Source: an uncultured Clostridia bacterium (GTDB lineage Bacteria; Bacillota; Clostridia; Christensenellales; CAG-314). From it: 64,000 bases of DNA. Location: contig CANQND010000001.1 in NCBI GenBank assembly GCA_947625115.1, forward strand, positions 5,678 to 69,677, written 5' to 3'. Under the pieces are notes generated by a model that was not told where the DNA came from, searched no databases, and worked only from the letters and a program-made list of their open reading frames with translations. Both the position numbers and the translations under genes were made by a program. Below are positions 38,108 through 47,743 of the stretch, piece after piece; the first letter of the stretch is position 1, and the number at the start of each line of letters is the position of its first letter.

Positions 38108-39337
38108 TTAAGCGATCGTACCCGACCGTTTGCGATTGCTTTTTATCAAATGGAACACGGTCATAACTATTCCTATCAGAATGTAGCTGTAATAACTCAA
38201 AAAACGCCAACTGAACACTGTCCAGAACAGCGCGCCGCTGCTTAGCGTAGTCAGCGCAAACATAAACGCGCTTTCCACCGCGCCGCTATTGCCCGGCGTG
38301 GGGAAGATCATCGCGCTCATCTGCGCGTAGACGTTCAAAGTCATTATCTCAAACATCAAGTCTACGCTCGGCACGACCGTCGGACCGCCCAGCGCGACCA
38401 CCACGAAAAAGGGCAGTATCATCGACAAAAACGGTTCGGCAATGCACAGCAACGTAAGGGCAATGGAGTGGAACGGACGTTTGAGCATAGACACGAACGC
38501 CGCAACAAAGTCGTTTACCGCCTTTTTGCCTCTCGCCATTCGCCCGTCTATATCTTTTACTATTTTCAGTTTGTAACCTATTTTCAGTACTACGCGCGTT
38601 ATCGCCCAAGTAATTTTGGGAAAGACCGCGCAACAAACTATCATCACGGGCAACGCGCAGTTTACCGCAAAGCCTATCCAACCGCCTATTGTAAGCATAT
38701 TGCGTTGCGTCATATCCTCAACGTGCAACGTGAGTACGTCGCGGTTGAGTACCATCAGCAAAAAGCAGATAGTTAGCCACATCGTCATATTAAAGGCAAA
38801 TTTGATAAATATAACCGCGCTGCTTTCTCCGCCGCTTATGCCCTTTTTGTGTAGGTGGTATATCTGCATAGGCTGTCCGCCGCTACTGAAAGGAGTTATG
38901 TTGTCGTAGTACTTGCCCCACAGCGCGACGGAAAGAGCCGTGCCGTAGTTTGCCTTTATGCGCGTCGCGCTCATTATCACAAGATACTTCAAGCTGTCCA
39001 ATATTATCATTGCGCACAGCGTGCAAAGGGAAAGTATCAGATATTTTACGTTTATTTGCGAAAATACTTCCGAAAAAGACTTTTGACTGCCGAGATCGTT
39101 ACTGCTGGCAAAGCTGTACATCAGGTACAGACTAAGCGCGATGGACACGACAAAAAAGACGTTACCCCAAAACCGCGACATCGTGCGGGGCGGCAGTTCT
39201 TCGCCGTTGCGCTTGGCAATGCGCCTTTTTGCGTTGTCGTAGATTATGTAGGCGATTATCACAAATTCCGCCACGATAACGGCAATGAGCAACCAAAAAA
39301 TATCGGGCAAGCGTTGATCGTTTAATAAAACCGTCAT
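38108..39337 (-). CDS. Flippase-like membrane protein (lysylphosphatidylglycerol synthase TM-region/UPF0104-like)
   Basis: 409 aa with 8 or more TM segments. The TPFSSGGQPMQIYHL motif resembles that family. Confidence 0.6.
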   Translation of the reverse strand: MTVLLNDQRLPDIFWLLIAVIVAEFVIIAYIIYDNAKRRIAKRNGEELPPRTMSRFWGNVFFVVSIALSLYLMYSFASSNDLGSQKSFSEVFSQINVKYLILSLCTLCAMIILDSLKYLVIMSATRIKANYGTALSVALWGKYYDNITPFSSGGQPMQIYHLHKKGISGGESSAVIFIKFAFNMTMWLTICFLLMVLNRDVLTLHVEDMTQRNMLTIGGWIGFAVNCALPVMIVCCAVFPKITWAITRVVLKIGYKLKIVKDIDGRMARGKKAVNDFVAAFVSMLKRPFHSIALTLLCIAEPFLSMILPFFVVVALGGPTVVPSVDLMFEIMTLNVYAQMSAMIFPTPGNSGAVESAFMFALTTLSSGALFWTVFSWRFLSYYSYILIGIVMTVFHLIKSNRKRSGTIA

Positions 39338-39650
39338 ATCGCGTACTCCCCGATCTTACTTATTGAGTTGTGCGTGGTGTGTCTTTTCATAAGTTGTTCC
39401 GCCCGCCGGAAGCGAACGCATTGTTTCACTCATATCGGCTCCCGATTGCCTTTTCGGCGGTTGTCGCCTTTATATATTGCAATAGTGTATCCAAAACAGT
39501 ATATCATATTCAACCGCTCATTGCAACGATTTTGTCAAGATTGCCTCTTTGTCGCGCCGTCGGTACTCCGCAAAACGCGCTTTCCGAAAATATTATTTCG
39601 CTTTATCTGAATAATTTTCAAAAAAATTGAAAAAATTTTAGTAAAACCTC

Positions 39651-39679
39651 TTGACAACGCCGAAAAACGGTGTTACAAT
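39651..39679 (+). promoter_or_regulatory. Consensus promoter of hsp20
   Basis: TTGACA-17 nt-TACAAT. Confidence 0.8.
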
Positions 39680-39680
39680 G

Positions 39681-39707
39681 TTAGCAGTCAAAGCGAAAGA
39701 GTGCTAA
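39681..39707 (+). promoter_or_regulatory. CIRCE operator (HrcA binding site)
   Basis: TTAGCAGTC-N9-GAGTGCTAA has one mismatch to the CIRCE consensus TTAGCACTC-N9-GAGTGCTAA. It starts 2 nt after the -10 hexamer. Confidence 0.85.
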
Positions 39708-39774
39708 CAAACAAATCAAAAGATTGCCAAACACCCAAAACTTGACCCTACAAATAAAAAAAGGAGATATAACT

Positions 39775-40179
39775 ATGAAAAACTATATTACTACGCGCAG
39801 TGCAAATAACCTTTTTGACGAGGCAATAGAAAATTTCTTCCGTCCTTTCTACGTGGACAGCGATTCCACCTTTATGAAAACGGACATAAAGGAAACGGAC
39901 AAGGACTACGTTTTGGAAGTGGAAATGCCCGGTTTGAACAAAAAGGACATAAGTATCAAATTTGAAAGCGGCTACATCACGATTTCCGCCAAAAAGCAGG
40001 AAACCGACGAGGAAAGCAGGTACATTCGCCGTGAACGCGCCACAAGTTACAGCCGTAGCTACTATATGGGCGAGGTAAAGGAAGAACTGATCAAAGCTAA
40101 GTACGAAAACGGCGTTTTGACGGTCAACATTCCCAAGGAAAAGCCCGAAGAGTCCCGTCATAACATTCTTATCGACTGA
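39775..40179 (+). CDS. Hsp20/alpha-crystallin small heat-shock protein
   Basis: ATG after AAAGGAG. MKTDIKETDKDYVLEVEMPGLNKKDISI...YENGVLTVNIPK is a typical ACD. Confidence 0.9.
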   Translation: MKNYITTRSANNLFDEAIENFFRPFYVDSDSTFMKTDIKETDKDYVLEVEMPGLNKKDISIKFESGYITISAKKQETDEESRYIRRERATSYSRSYYMGEVKEELIKAKYENGVLTVNIPKEKPEESRHNILID

Positions 40180-40221
40180 CGGATAGCCTTTTGCGCGAGA
40201 ATTATCGCGGTCAAATCCGTC

Positions 40222-40258
40222 AAGCCCCGTTGGATATTGTTCCGACGGGGCTTTTGCT
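40222..40258 (+). terminator. Rho-independent terminator after hsp20
   Basis: GCCCCGTTGG...CCGACGGGGC followed by TTTTGCTTT. Confidence 0.75.
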
Positions 40259-40364
40259 TTGCTCCGAACGCAACGTAAAGTCTTTTTATATAATGAAAAT
40301 AGACCGCGCCGAACTTGACTTTGTTGACTTGCGGGTAGTATAATTGGAGCGCAAGGTAAAAACT

Positions 40365-43300
40365 ATGAATTCACTTATCAAAACATCGATAAAACGCTCC
40401 GTAACGGTGTGCGTTCTGGTAATTGTGCTTATGGCGGTAGGCGTGCTTGCCACGCTGGATATGTCCACCAATTTGTTGCCCAATATCAAATTGCCGATGA
40501 TGGGAATTTCGGTAGTGTACCCCGGCGCGAGCGCGCAAAGCGTGGAAGAGGGCGTAACGAGCAAGGTGGAGGCGGCGTTGCAAACCGTCGCGGGCATAAA
40601 GGAACTTTCTACCACCTCCTACGACAACGCGTCCGTAGCCGTACTCACTTTCGACTACGGCACCGATCTGGACGAAAAAATAGCCGCAATCGAGGACGCT
40701 TTCCAATCGGTAACTTTCCCCGAGGGTTGCCAATCGCCCTCCTATATAAAGATAGATATGAACGGCACGGCAACGGCTACCGTGGCTATCTACAACGCCG
40801 CGGGCAACACCGACGCGCTCATTGCCGACGCCAAGCAACTTTCCGCCAAACTCGGCGGGATAGAGGGCGTGGGTTCCGTTAGCGTGTTGGGTACTCCCGA
40901 AAAGCAAATTCGCATAACAGCTCTCGACGGGTTGGACATTACTGCGTTGTTGATAGTTCAGGCTTTGCAAAACGAAAATCTTGACATTCCTCTCGGCACG
41001 GTAATGCAGGACGGCACAACGGTGTCCGTGCGCAACGCCTCCGACGCGACAAGCGTCTACGACGTTATGAGTTTGCCCGTGCAACTCGGTTTGGGCGAAG
41101 AAATTTCTCAACGGTTGGACGGCGCAAAGACATTGCTTAATAGTTTTGAGGAGTGTACTCTTGCGCAATTCAACGAAAATGTGATTTCCAATCTTTACGT
41201 GCTGTATTCGTTTACGCTCTTGTTCGGCAAAAACACGACGGACGAGGACTTGTCTGCAATGCTTTTGCAAGGCAACTACGTCCCCGACAGCGCAAAGGCG
41301 TTGATCACTCCGCAATTTATTCACGTAGTGCGTTCCGACGGATTTTACGCGCCCAAAGACGAGTCTTTGCCAAACGGCGCGGATAACGTTGCGGACGATT
41401 GCGTTTTGGGAGAGTTGACGGCGTTGAAAAAAGCGCACGTCAACGCGGACGGCAACCCCGTCTACTCAAACGGCACCGTTCTGACGGCAGAGGAGGGCAG
41501 GCGCAAAGCGGGCGATTTGTTCGTCAACGGCGGCGGTTACCTCGTCAACGCGCAGGGCAAACCCGTAGACGACGACGGCAACGAGCTGTCGCTCACTCAA
41601 AAGGAAATAGCTTTGCGCTACGCCGACTACGGCGAGTACGTTGTTTTTTCCGATGAAGAAACGCTAAAATTGTGCAATTTGCTCTGTCTTGGCGACAGTC
41701 TTGGCTTGAACCTTACGCAAGATTTGATCCGTTTTGTGCGCGTTTGCGATTTCGGCGGAGTCGAAACGGAAAGCGGCACGGTCTATCCCGACAACGTTAT
41801 CGTACCGCTTGCATATATCGGACGTGTAGAGGAACACGACGAGGAAATAGCCTACGCTGAGTACAACGGTTTTGCCGCAGTAACGGTGGAAGTGTACGCC
41901 GTGTCCGACGCCAACACCACGGACGTAGTAAACAACGTAAAACAGGTTATCGCCTCTTTGAACACTTCTAGTAACGTGATTTTGTTGGACGACAAGGCTG
42001 AGTTCATTACCGACAGCATATCCAACGTGCTTAGCAGTATCGTCATCGGCGGCGTGTTGGCGGTGTTGGTTATTTACCTGTTTGTTCGCAAAATAGGGTC
42101 GTCCTTGGTGGTAAGCATAACAATGCCGCTCAGCGTGCTTGTCGCGCTTGCGGGGCTGTGGTTAATGAACATAAGCCTTAACCTTGTGTCTTTGGGCGGT
42201 CTTGCCGTGGGCATAGGTATGTTGGTGGACAACAGCATTGTCGTTTTGGAAAGTATCACCAAGCGGCGCGACAGGGGCGAAAGCGTCTACGACGCCTGTC
42301 TTAACGGCACCAAAGAGGTTGCGGGCAGTTTGCTTGCCTCCACTCTTACCAACGTGTGCGTATTCTTTCCCATTTTGTTCGCGCGCGGTTTGACGAGAGA
42401 AATCTTTTACGATTTGGTGTGGGCGGTGCTTTTCTCGTTGGTAATGTCTTTGATTGTGTCCGTCACCGTCATTCCGTCCCTTTACCACCTCATTTACAAA
42501 AAGGGACCGCGCAAACGTTACAAAAAGAACCCCGACGGCACCTACGAAGAAACGGGTAGCTACGAGGACAACGAACCGCGCGAACATATCAACAATCGTA
42601 ACGATAAATCTACCGAACGCCGCAAGCGTTTCAAGCAAAAAGCCGACAACATTCGCGCCAAGCTCAACAAAGTGTCCATTAGCAAATTGGAACAGGGCTA
42701 CGGCAAAGTGCTTTCCAAGGTGCTGACAAAGCGCGTGTTGGTGTGCGTTGTCGCGTTGGTTTTGTTCGGCGCGAGCGTGGCTTTGGTGTTTACTACGGGA
42801 ACGGAATTTCTGCCGAGCGTGGACAAGGGCGTGATAGAGGTGGACGTAGACTTTGACGCCTCAACGAGCTTGCCTGCGGCGCGTTCCGCAAGTCAAACGA
42901 TTGCCGACGCAATACGCGCTCGTTACGGCGACAAATTGCAATACGTATCTTTGACCGTGGGTAAACAGGGCTTGCTTGCCACAAGCAACAGCGGCGTTAT
43001 CCGCATACAGACCAACGGCAGTGTCGACACGACAGAAACGGTCAACGAAATACGCAATCTGATAAAAACAACCGACGGTATCGGGGCAAAAAACGTCACC
43101 GTGAGGGAAATGGACGGCGTTGTCGCCGAGGTCACGGGCGGTATGGCGGGACAATCCGTAGCGTTGTTGGGCGACGATATGGACGTGCTTCGCGCCGCGG
43201 CTGCCACCGTGCGGGAAAAATTGCTTACCGCCGACCCCGAACACATTGTTTCTGCTGTGGACAACACTCCCGCGCTCAACGTCGAGTACTCCTTTACATT

Positions 43301-44426
43301 CGACCGTATGCTTTGCGCCGAACGCGGCGTGGACTATCAAACCGCGGTAATGTTGTTGCGCGTGGGTATGAGCGGCTACACTGCGGCTAACATAAGCGCG
43401 GACGGTGAAAGCCGAGCCGTCACCGTGCAGTTTGCGGCTTCCTCCAAGGAGAGTATCGACGCAATTTGCGACATAATAGTGGGCTTCGGCTCCGACGGCG
43501 TTATCAAGTTGAGAGATGTGTTGCAACCCGCCGAAAACGGCAAGTTGTACACGGAAAATACCGTCGCTTCGGCGATAGAAAAACGCGACGGCAAATACGT
43601 TACCACTATCGATTTGGAAATTTACGGTATCGACAGCGGTACCGCGGGCAAAACCGTCAACAAGACGGTAAAAGAAGCGTTGTCGGGCTTCGACGGCGTG
43701 GAGTACGTTGAAAGCGGCGTTACAAGCTACCTCAACGACGCATTCGACGGCTTGGTTGTATCTCTCATTGCGGCGTTTGTGTTGCTGTACAGCGTAATGG
43801 CTTGTCAATTTGAAAGCCTTTCCAAGCCTTTCGTCGTCATTATGTCCATACCTTTCGGCTTTACGGGCGGATTTTTGGCTCTTGCCATAACGGGTATGAC
43901 TTTGAACGTGGTATCCTTTGTGGGCTTGATAATGCTTATGGGCGTGATTGTAAACGGCGCGATAGTTATGATAGACAAAATCAATATGCTTATGGCTGAG
44001 GGATTGTCGCCGCAGGAAGCCGTGGTGGAGGGTTGTAAAACGCGTCTGCGCCCCATTTTGATGACCACTCTTACCACCGTGTTGGCTTTGGTGCCGTTGG
44101 CTCTCGGTTTGGGGCGCGGCGGCGAACTTATGCAACCGATGGGCATTGTGGTGTTGGGCGGTTTGCTGTTGGGTACGACGGTGACGTTGGTGCTTATCCC
44201 CTGTTTCTACTGCCTAGTAAAACGCATACGCTTTGATAAAAAAGCCGTTGCAAATGCGGGCGAGGACGCTCCGCCTGAGCCGACGGCAGAAAGCGGCGAG
44301 GAAAGTCAAACCGCTTCGGAAAGCGTCCCAGAGGAAAATTCCGCGCAGGAAAGCCCCGCAAGGGAACCTACCGACGGAGTAAGCCCCGAAAACGAACCCC
44401 CATCTGACGATTTGCCCAAAGAGTAA
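40365..44426 (+). CDS. RND-superfamily efflux permease (AcrB/SwrC-like) with large insertions and an acidic tail
   Basis: The N-terminus IKRSVTVCVLVIVLMAVG...LLPNIKLPMMGISVVYPGASAQSVEEGVT is AcrB-like. Two 6-TM bundles are present. The protein is 1353 aa from the ATG at 40365. Confidence 0.85.
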   Translation: MNSLIKTSIKRSVTVCVLVIVLMAVGVLATLDMSTNLLPNIKLPMMGISVVYPGASAQSVEEGVTSKVEAALQTVAGIKELSTTSYDNASVAVLTFDYGTDLDEKIAAIEDAFQSVTFPEGCQSPSYIKIDMNGTATATVAIYNAAGNTDALIADAKQLSAKLGGIEGVGSVSVLGTPEKQIRITALDGLDITALLIVQALQNENLDIPLGTVMQDGTTVSVRNASDATSVYDVMSLPVQLGLGEEISQRLDGAKTLLNSFEECTLAQFNENVISNLYVLYSFTLLFGKNTTDEDLSAMLLQGNYVPDSAKALITPQFIHVVRSDGFYAPKDESLPNGADNVADDCVLGELTALKKAHVNADGNPVYSNGTVLTAEEGRRKAGDLFVNGGGYLVNAQGKPVDDDGNELSLTQKEIALRYADYGEYVVFSDEETLKLCNLLCLGDSLGLNLTQDLIRFVRVCDFGGVETESGTVYPDNVIVPLAYIGRVEEHDEEIAYAEYNGFAAVTVEVYAVSDANTTDVVNNVKQVIASLNTSSNVILLDDKAEFITDSISNVLSSIVIGGVLAVLVIYLFVRKIGSSLVVSITMPLSVLVALAGLWLMNISLNLVSLGGLAVGIGMLVDNSIVVLESITKRRDRGESVYDACLNGTKEVAGSLLASTLTNVCVFFPILFARGLTREIFYDLVWAVLFSLVMSLIVSVTVIPSLYHLIYKKGPRKRYKKNPDGTYEETGSYEDNEPREHINNRNDKSTERRKRFKQKADNIRAKLNKVSISKLEQGYGKVLSKVLTKRVLVCVVALVLFGASVALVFTTGTEFLPSVDKGVIEVDVDFDASTSLPAARSASQTIADAIRARYGDKLQYVSLTVGKQGLLATSNSGVIRIQTNGSVDTTETVNEIRNLIKTTDGIGAKNVTVREMDGVVAEVTGGMAGQSVALLGDDMDVLRAAAATVREKLLTADPEHIVSAVDNTPALNVEYSFTFDRMLCAERGVDYQTAVMLLRVGMSGYTAANISADGESRAVTVQFAASSKESIDAICDIIVGFGSDGVIKLRDVLQPAENGKLYTENTVASAIEKRDGKYVTTIDLEIYGIDSGTAGKTVNKTVKEALSGFDGVEYVESGVTSYLNDAFDGLVVSLIAAFVLLYSVMACQFESLSKPFVVIMSIPFGFTGGFLALAITGMTLNVVSFVGLIMLMGVIVNGAIVMIDKINMLMAEGLSPQEAVVEGCKTRLRPILMTTLTTVLALVPLALGLGRGGELMQPMGIVVLGGLLLGTTVTLVLIPCFYCLVKRIRFDKKAVANAGEDAPPEPTAESGEESQTASESVPEENSAQESPAREPTDGVSPENEPPSDDLPKE

Positions 44427-44481
44427 CGTTTGGGGCGAATATTGCCCCATTCGGGACAAAAGCAAAATTACACATAAAAGA

Positions 44482-44508
44482 ACGTCGCTTGACAAGCGGC
44501 GTTTTTTG
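44482..44508 (+). terminator. Rho-independent terminator after the RND gene
   Basis: ACGTCGC-N7-GCGGCGT followed by TTTTTT. Confidence 0.7.
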
Positions 44509-44536
44509 GTTTACACTCAATAAAAGAGGTGAGCTT

Positions 44537-46063
44537 ATGGAACTCAAATACCGCAAATATATGCCGTCAAGGTTTGTTTTCAACATTTTGTTGCTGTTGA
44601 TAGAGGTCGCCGTCGTCATCGGGTTGGTGATTATGATAACTATCGGTAGCAGGTATATGCTCATTGCGGAGGCGATCACCCAGATCACTGTGGCTGTTGT
44701 GATAATTGCAAGCAACGACAACCCCGACTACAAAGCCCCTTGGATATTTTTTGTGCTGATAGTCCCCGTTGTGGGGTTTATGTTCTACTTTATGTTTTAC
44801 TCGCGCAAGCTCAACCCCGTTTCGCGGCGCAAACTTCGCCGCATAGACGCGGGCAGTGCAAAATTGTGCGACAGCCCCGACGCGGAACGCCTTGCGGAGG
44901 AAAGTCCTCACGCTTACAGCCAAGCCGCATTGCTTAAAAAACTTTCCCGAACGCACATCTACACCGATACGGAAGTTACCTACTTCCCGTTGGGCGACAG
45001 TATGTTTCCCGCTATGATAGAGGACCTCAAAAAAGCGGAAAAATTTATCTTTTTGGAGTACTTCATAATTCAGGACGGAAAGTTTTGGCGCGCCATTTTG
45101 GACGTACTCACGCAAAAAGCGCGAGCGGGCGTGGACGTGAGAGTTCTCTACGACGACATCGGCTGTATGCGCACTCTGCCCGGCAATTACTACAAAACTT
45201 TGCGCAAAGCGGGTATCAAATGCGCGACGTTTTCCCACTTGCGCGCGCAGGCGAACAACAAATTCAACAATCGCAGTCACCGCAAGATAACGGTGATAGA
45301 CGGCATAGTGGGTTACACGGGCGGGATCAACCTCGCCGACGAGTACATAAACGCGCGCAAACGCTTCGGACATTGGAAAGACGTAGGCATACGCATAGAG
45401 GGCAACGCCGTAAACGAACTTACGCGGCTGTTCTTCGAGGACTACGAACTCAACTCCTCTCACGTTGACGACGTTTCGGAGTTTTACCGCGACGAACTTC
45501 GCCCAACGCGGCAGGGCTACGTTGTTCCTTTCGGCGACGGTCCCAAACCCGTGTACAGCCACACCGTGGCTAAAACGGCGATAATGAACCTGCTCAATCA
45601 AGCCAAGCGGTACGTGTATATGACTTCGCCCTATCTGATAATAGACAGCGAACTTACCCAAGCGATAGAAAACGCCGCTCTGCGCGGTGTGGACGTGCGC
45701 CTTATCACGCCGCATATTCCCGACAAAAAGTTGGTTTTCACTATGACGCGCAGTTACTATCCGCGCCTCATCGAGGCGGGCGTAAAAATTTACGAGTACA
45801 CACCGGGGTTCGTGCATGCCAAGATGTACATCGCCGACGGCGACACGGCTATCCTCGGTACTGTCAATCTCGACTACCGCTCCCTTGTCCATCACTTTGA
45901 AAATGCCGTTTGGCTGTACAACGTCCCCGCCATTGCGGATATGGAAAGAGATTTTCTCGCAACGCAGGAAAGGTCCGAACAGGTGGACGAGCAAACGGCG
46001 GAAGTGCGCCTGCCCGGCAAATTCGTTCGCGCCGTAGTCAAGATATTCGCGCCCTTGCTGTGA
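44537..46063 (+). CDS. cls: Cardiolipin synthase
   Basis: ATG after AAGAGG. Two N-terminal TM helices and two HKD motifs (HRKITVIDG, HAKMYIADG). Confidence 0.92.
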   Translation: MELKYRKYMPSRFVFNILLLLIEVAVVIGLVIMITIGSRYMLIAEAITQITVAVVIIASNDNPDYKAPWIFFVLIVPVVGFMFYFMFYSRKLNPVSRRKLRRIDAGSAKLCDSPDAERLAEESPHAYSQAALLKKLSRTHIYTDTEVTYFPLGDSMFPAMIEDLKKAEKFIFLEYFIIQDGKFWRAILDVLTQKARAGVDVRVLYDDIGCMRTLPGNYYKTLRKAGIKCATFSHLRAQANNKFNNRSHRKITVIDGIVGYTGGINLADEYINARKRFGHWKDVGIRIEGNAVNELTRLFFEDYELNSSHVDDVSEFYRDELRPTRQGYVVPFGDGPKPVYSHTVAKTAIMNLLNQAKRYVYMTSPYLIIDSELTQAIENAALRGVDVRLITPHIPDKKLVFTMTRSYYPRLIEAGVKIYEYTPGFVHAKMYIADGDTAILGTVNLDYRSLVHHFENAVWLYNVPAIADMERDFLATQERSEQVDEQTAEVRLPGKFVRAVVKIFAPLL

Positions 46064-46213
46064 AGCTCGGGCAAAAACGGCGTTGCCTTTTCTCGGTTTT
46101 TATGAAACAAAATCGAGATTTTTCCCAAAAATATAAAGTTCTACTTTGATTCGATAGTCTGTCCTTTGAAAAAGGGACAGACTTATGGTATAATTTCCCC
46201 GTTTGGAGGGGAT

Positions 46214-47401
46214 ATGAACGATTACGTATTCGGCAATTTCATTTTTGAGCTTCGGACGGAAAAGGGTTTGTCGCAGAGCGAACTCGGCAAAATTCTCGGC
46301 GTATCGAACAAGGCGGTAAGCAAGTGGGAAACGGGGGAGGCAAAACCGCGCTCGGACAAGCTCACGCTCCTTGCAAAGACGCTCGGCGTGACTGTGGAGG
46401 AACTACTTTGCGGTGAGCGCAAAAAAAGCGGAAAAGATCACGGTGAAGAAATTTCCTATGCAATCGGAATGTTTGCGCGGGAATATCGTCGGGCAAAAAC
46501 GGAGTTTCTCGTTTTTACCGTATGTTTTTTCTCTTCTCCCGTTCTTATGCTTTTGGTTTTGGGTATCGCTCTTTTATCAGGCGACGCTTATGCCGTTTGG
46601 GCAATCGCGCTAATGGTGACCTGTGCCGTAACGCATATCGCGGCAGAGGTCGGCGTTATAGTAAGTTTTATACTTATGGTGAAGAGAAAACGCCTGTTGT
46701 ACGCAAGTTTTCCGAGCAGAAGAGAAGAAATTTCCGCGTGTACGCACACTGTCCCGCCCGCAAAAAAGACGGGAAAATTGGGACTCATCGTTTTGATTGG
46801 CGTCGTTCTAATGGGGATCGCCGTCGCGACCATCCTCTCCGTTTTGAAAATTGCAGACGGCTCTGTCGTGGAGCTTGCCGTCATCGGGTGCGCGCTTGCG
46901 TTTGGAATCGGAAATGTCCTGTTCACGCGGCTGTGGTTGCGGCGGATCAATAGGAGAATGCACGCGCAAGCATTTGAAATTGCCCTAAGGGACGCAAAAT
47001 TTCTGCTTGAAGTTTGGCTTCCCGACGGGCGGAGCGCGCTCTGCGACATTTTGCGGCTGAATATCGCCGTCGCGTACTTTTCTCTTCGCGACGACGAAAA
47101 TTTCCGCGACTACCTCAATGAGATCACTACGCGCCGATTTTCTTTCGTGAAGAGCTTTTTGAAGTGCGTTGACGCGTTTGCGCAAGGGGACAGAGAGTCG
47201 TTCCGCGCCGAGTACGACGTTTTCCTTTCTACGATCGAAACGCCGGAGAAAAAAACGGCAAAGGCAGTTTCGTTTTACGCTGAGCGGGCGCGCTTGCTTT
47301 TTGAACTTGCGGAGGGAAACGTAGAAGTAAAAGAAAAACTGCTTCTCCTCTTTGAAAACCCGCGTATTCGCGAATGTATTGAGGAGTGGAAAGTAAAATG
47401 A
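46214..47401 (+). CDS. Membrane-anchored XRE-family HTH protein
   Basis: ATG after GGAGGGG. The N-terminus is HTH_3 (LRTEKGLSQSELGKILGVSNKAVSKWETGEAKP), followed by 4-5 TM segments and a helical C-terminal domain. Confidence 0.75.
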   Translation: MNDYVFGNFIFELRTEKGLSQSELGKILGVSNKAVSKWETGEAKPRSDKLTLLAKTLGVTVEELLCGERKKSGKDHGEEISYAIGMFAREYRRAKTEFLVFTVCFFSSPVLMLLVLGIALLSGDAYAVWAIALMVTCAVTHIAAEVGVIVSFILMVKRKRLLYASFPSRREEISACTHTVPPAKKTGKLGLIVLIGVVLMGIAVATILSVLKIADGSVVELAVIGCALAFGIGNVLFTRLWLRRINRRMHAQAFEIALRDAKFLLEVWLPDGRSALCDILRLNIAVAYFSLRDDENFRDYLNEITTRRFSFVKSFLKCVDAFAQGDRESFRAEYDVFLSTIETPEKKTAKAVSFYAERARLLFELAEGNVEVKEKLLLLFENPRIRECIEEWKVK

Positions 47402-47645
47402 AACGTTTATTTTGCGTAAGTTTCGGTTATTTACGATATGCAAAAACGCTATAAGTTTTATTTGGCGGCGTGCAAAGTCTGTCGGACAGTTTTCTCCGAA
47501 AGTTTTTTTCTCGTTTGAAAGTGCAATTTCGAAATTTTGTTTTTGTTGCCTATGGAAAATGTATCTTTTCGGCAACGCTTTTTTATGCAAAAATGTTATT
47601 TTTGTTCGCAAAAGCAGTCTTTTTGAGAAAATATGGAAAAATGTA

Positions 47646-47674
47646 TTGAAATACTCAAATTTTTGTAGTAATAT
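47646..47674 (+). promoter_or_regulatory. Candidate promoter of the GH13/HAD operon
   Basis: TTGAAA-17 nt-TAATAT lies 70 nt upstream of the ATG. Confidence 0.55.
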
Positions 47675-47743
47675 ATTACTAACATAGTATATAAGGGGAG
47701 TTTGCCCGTCGGCAAATATCCGAGAGTACAAGGAGAAAAAATT

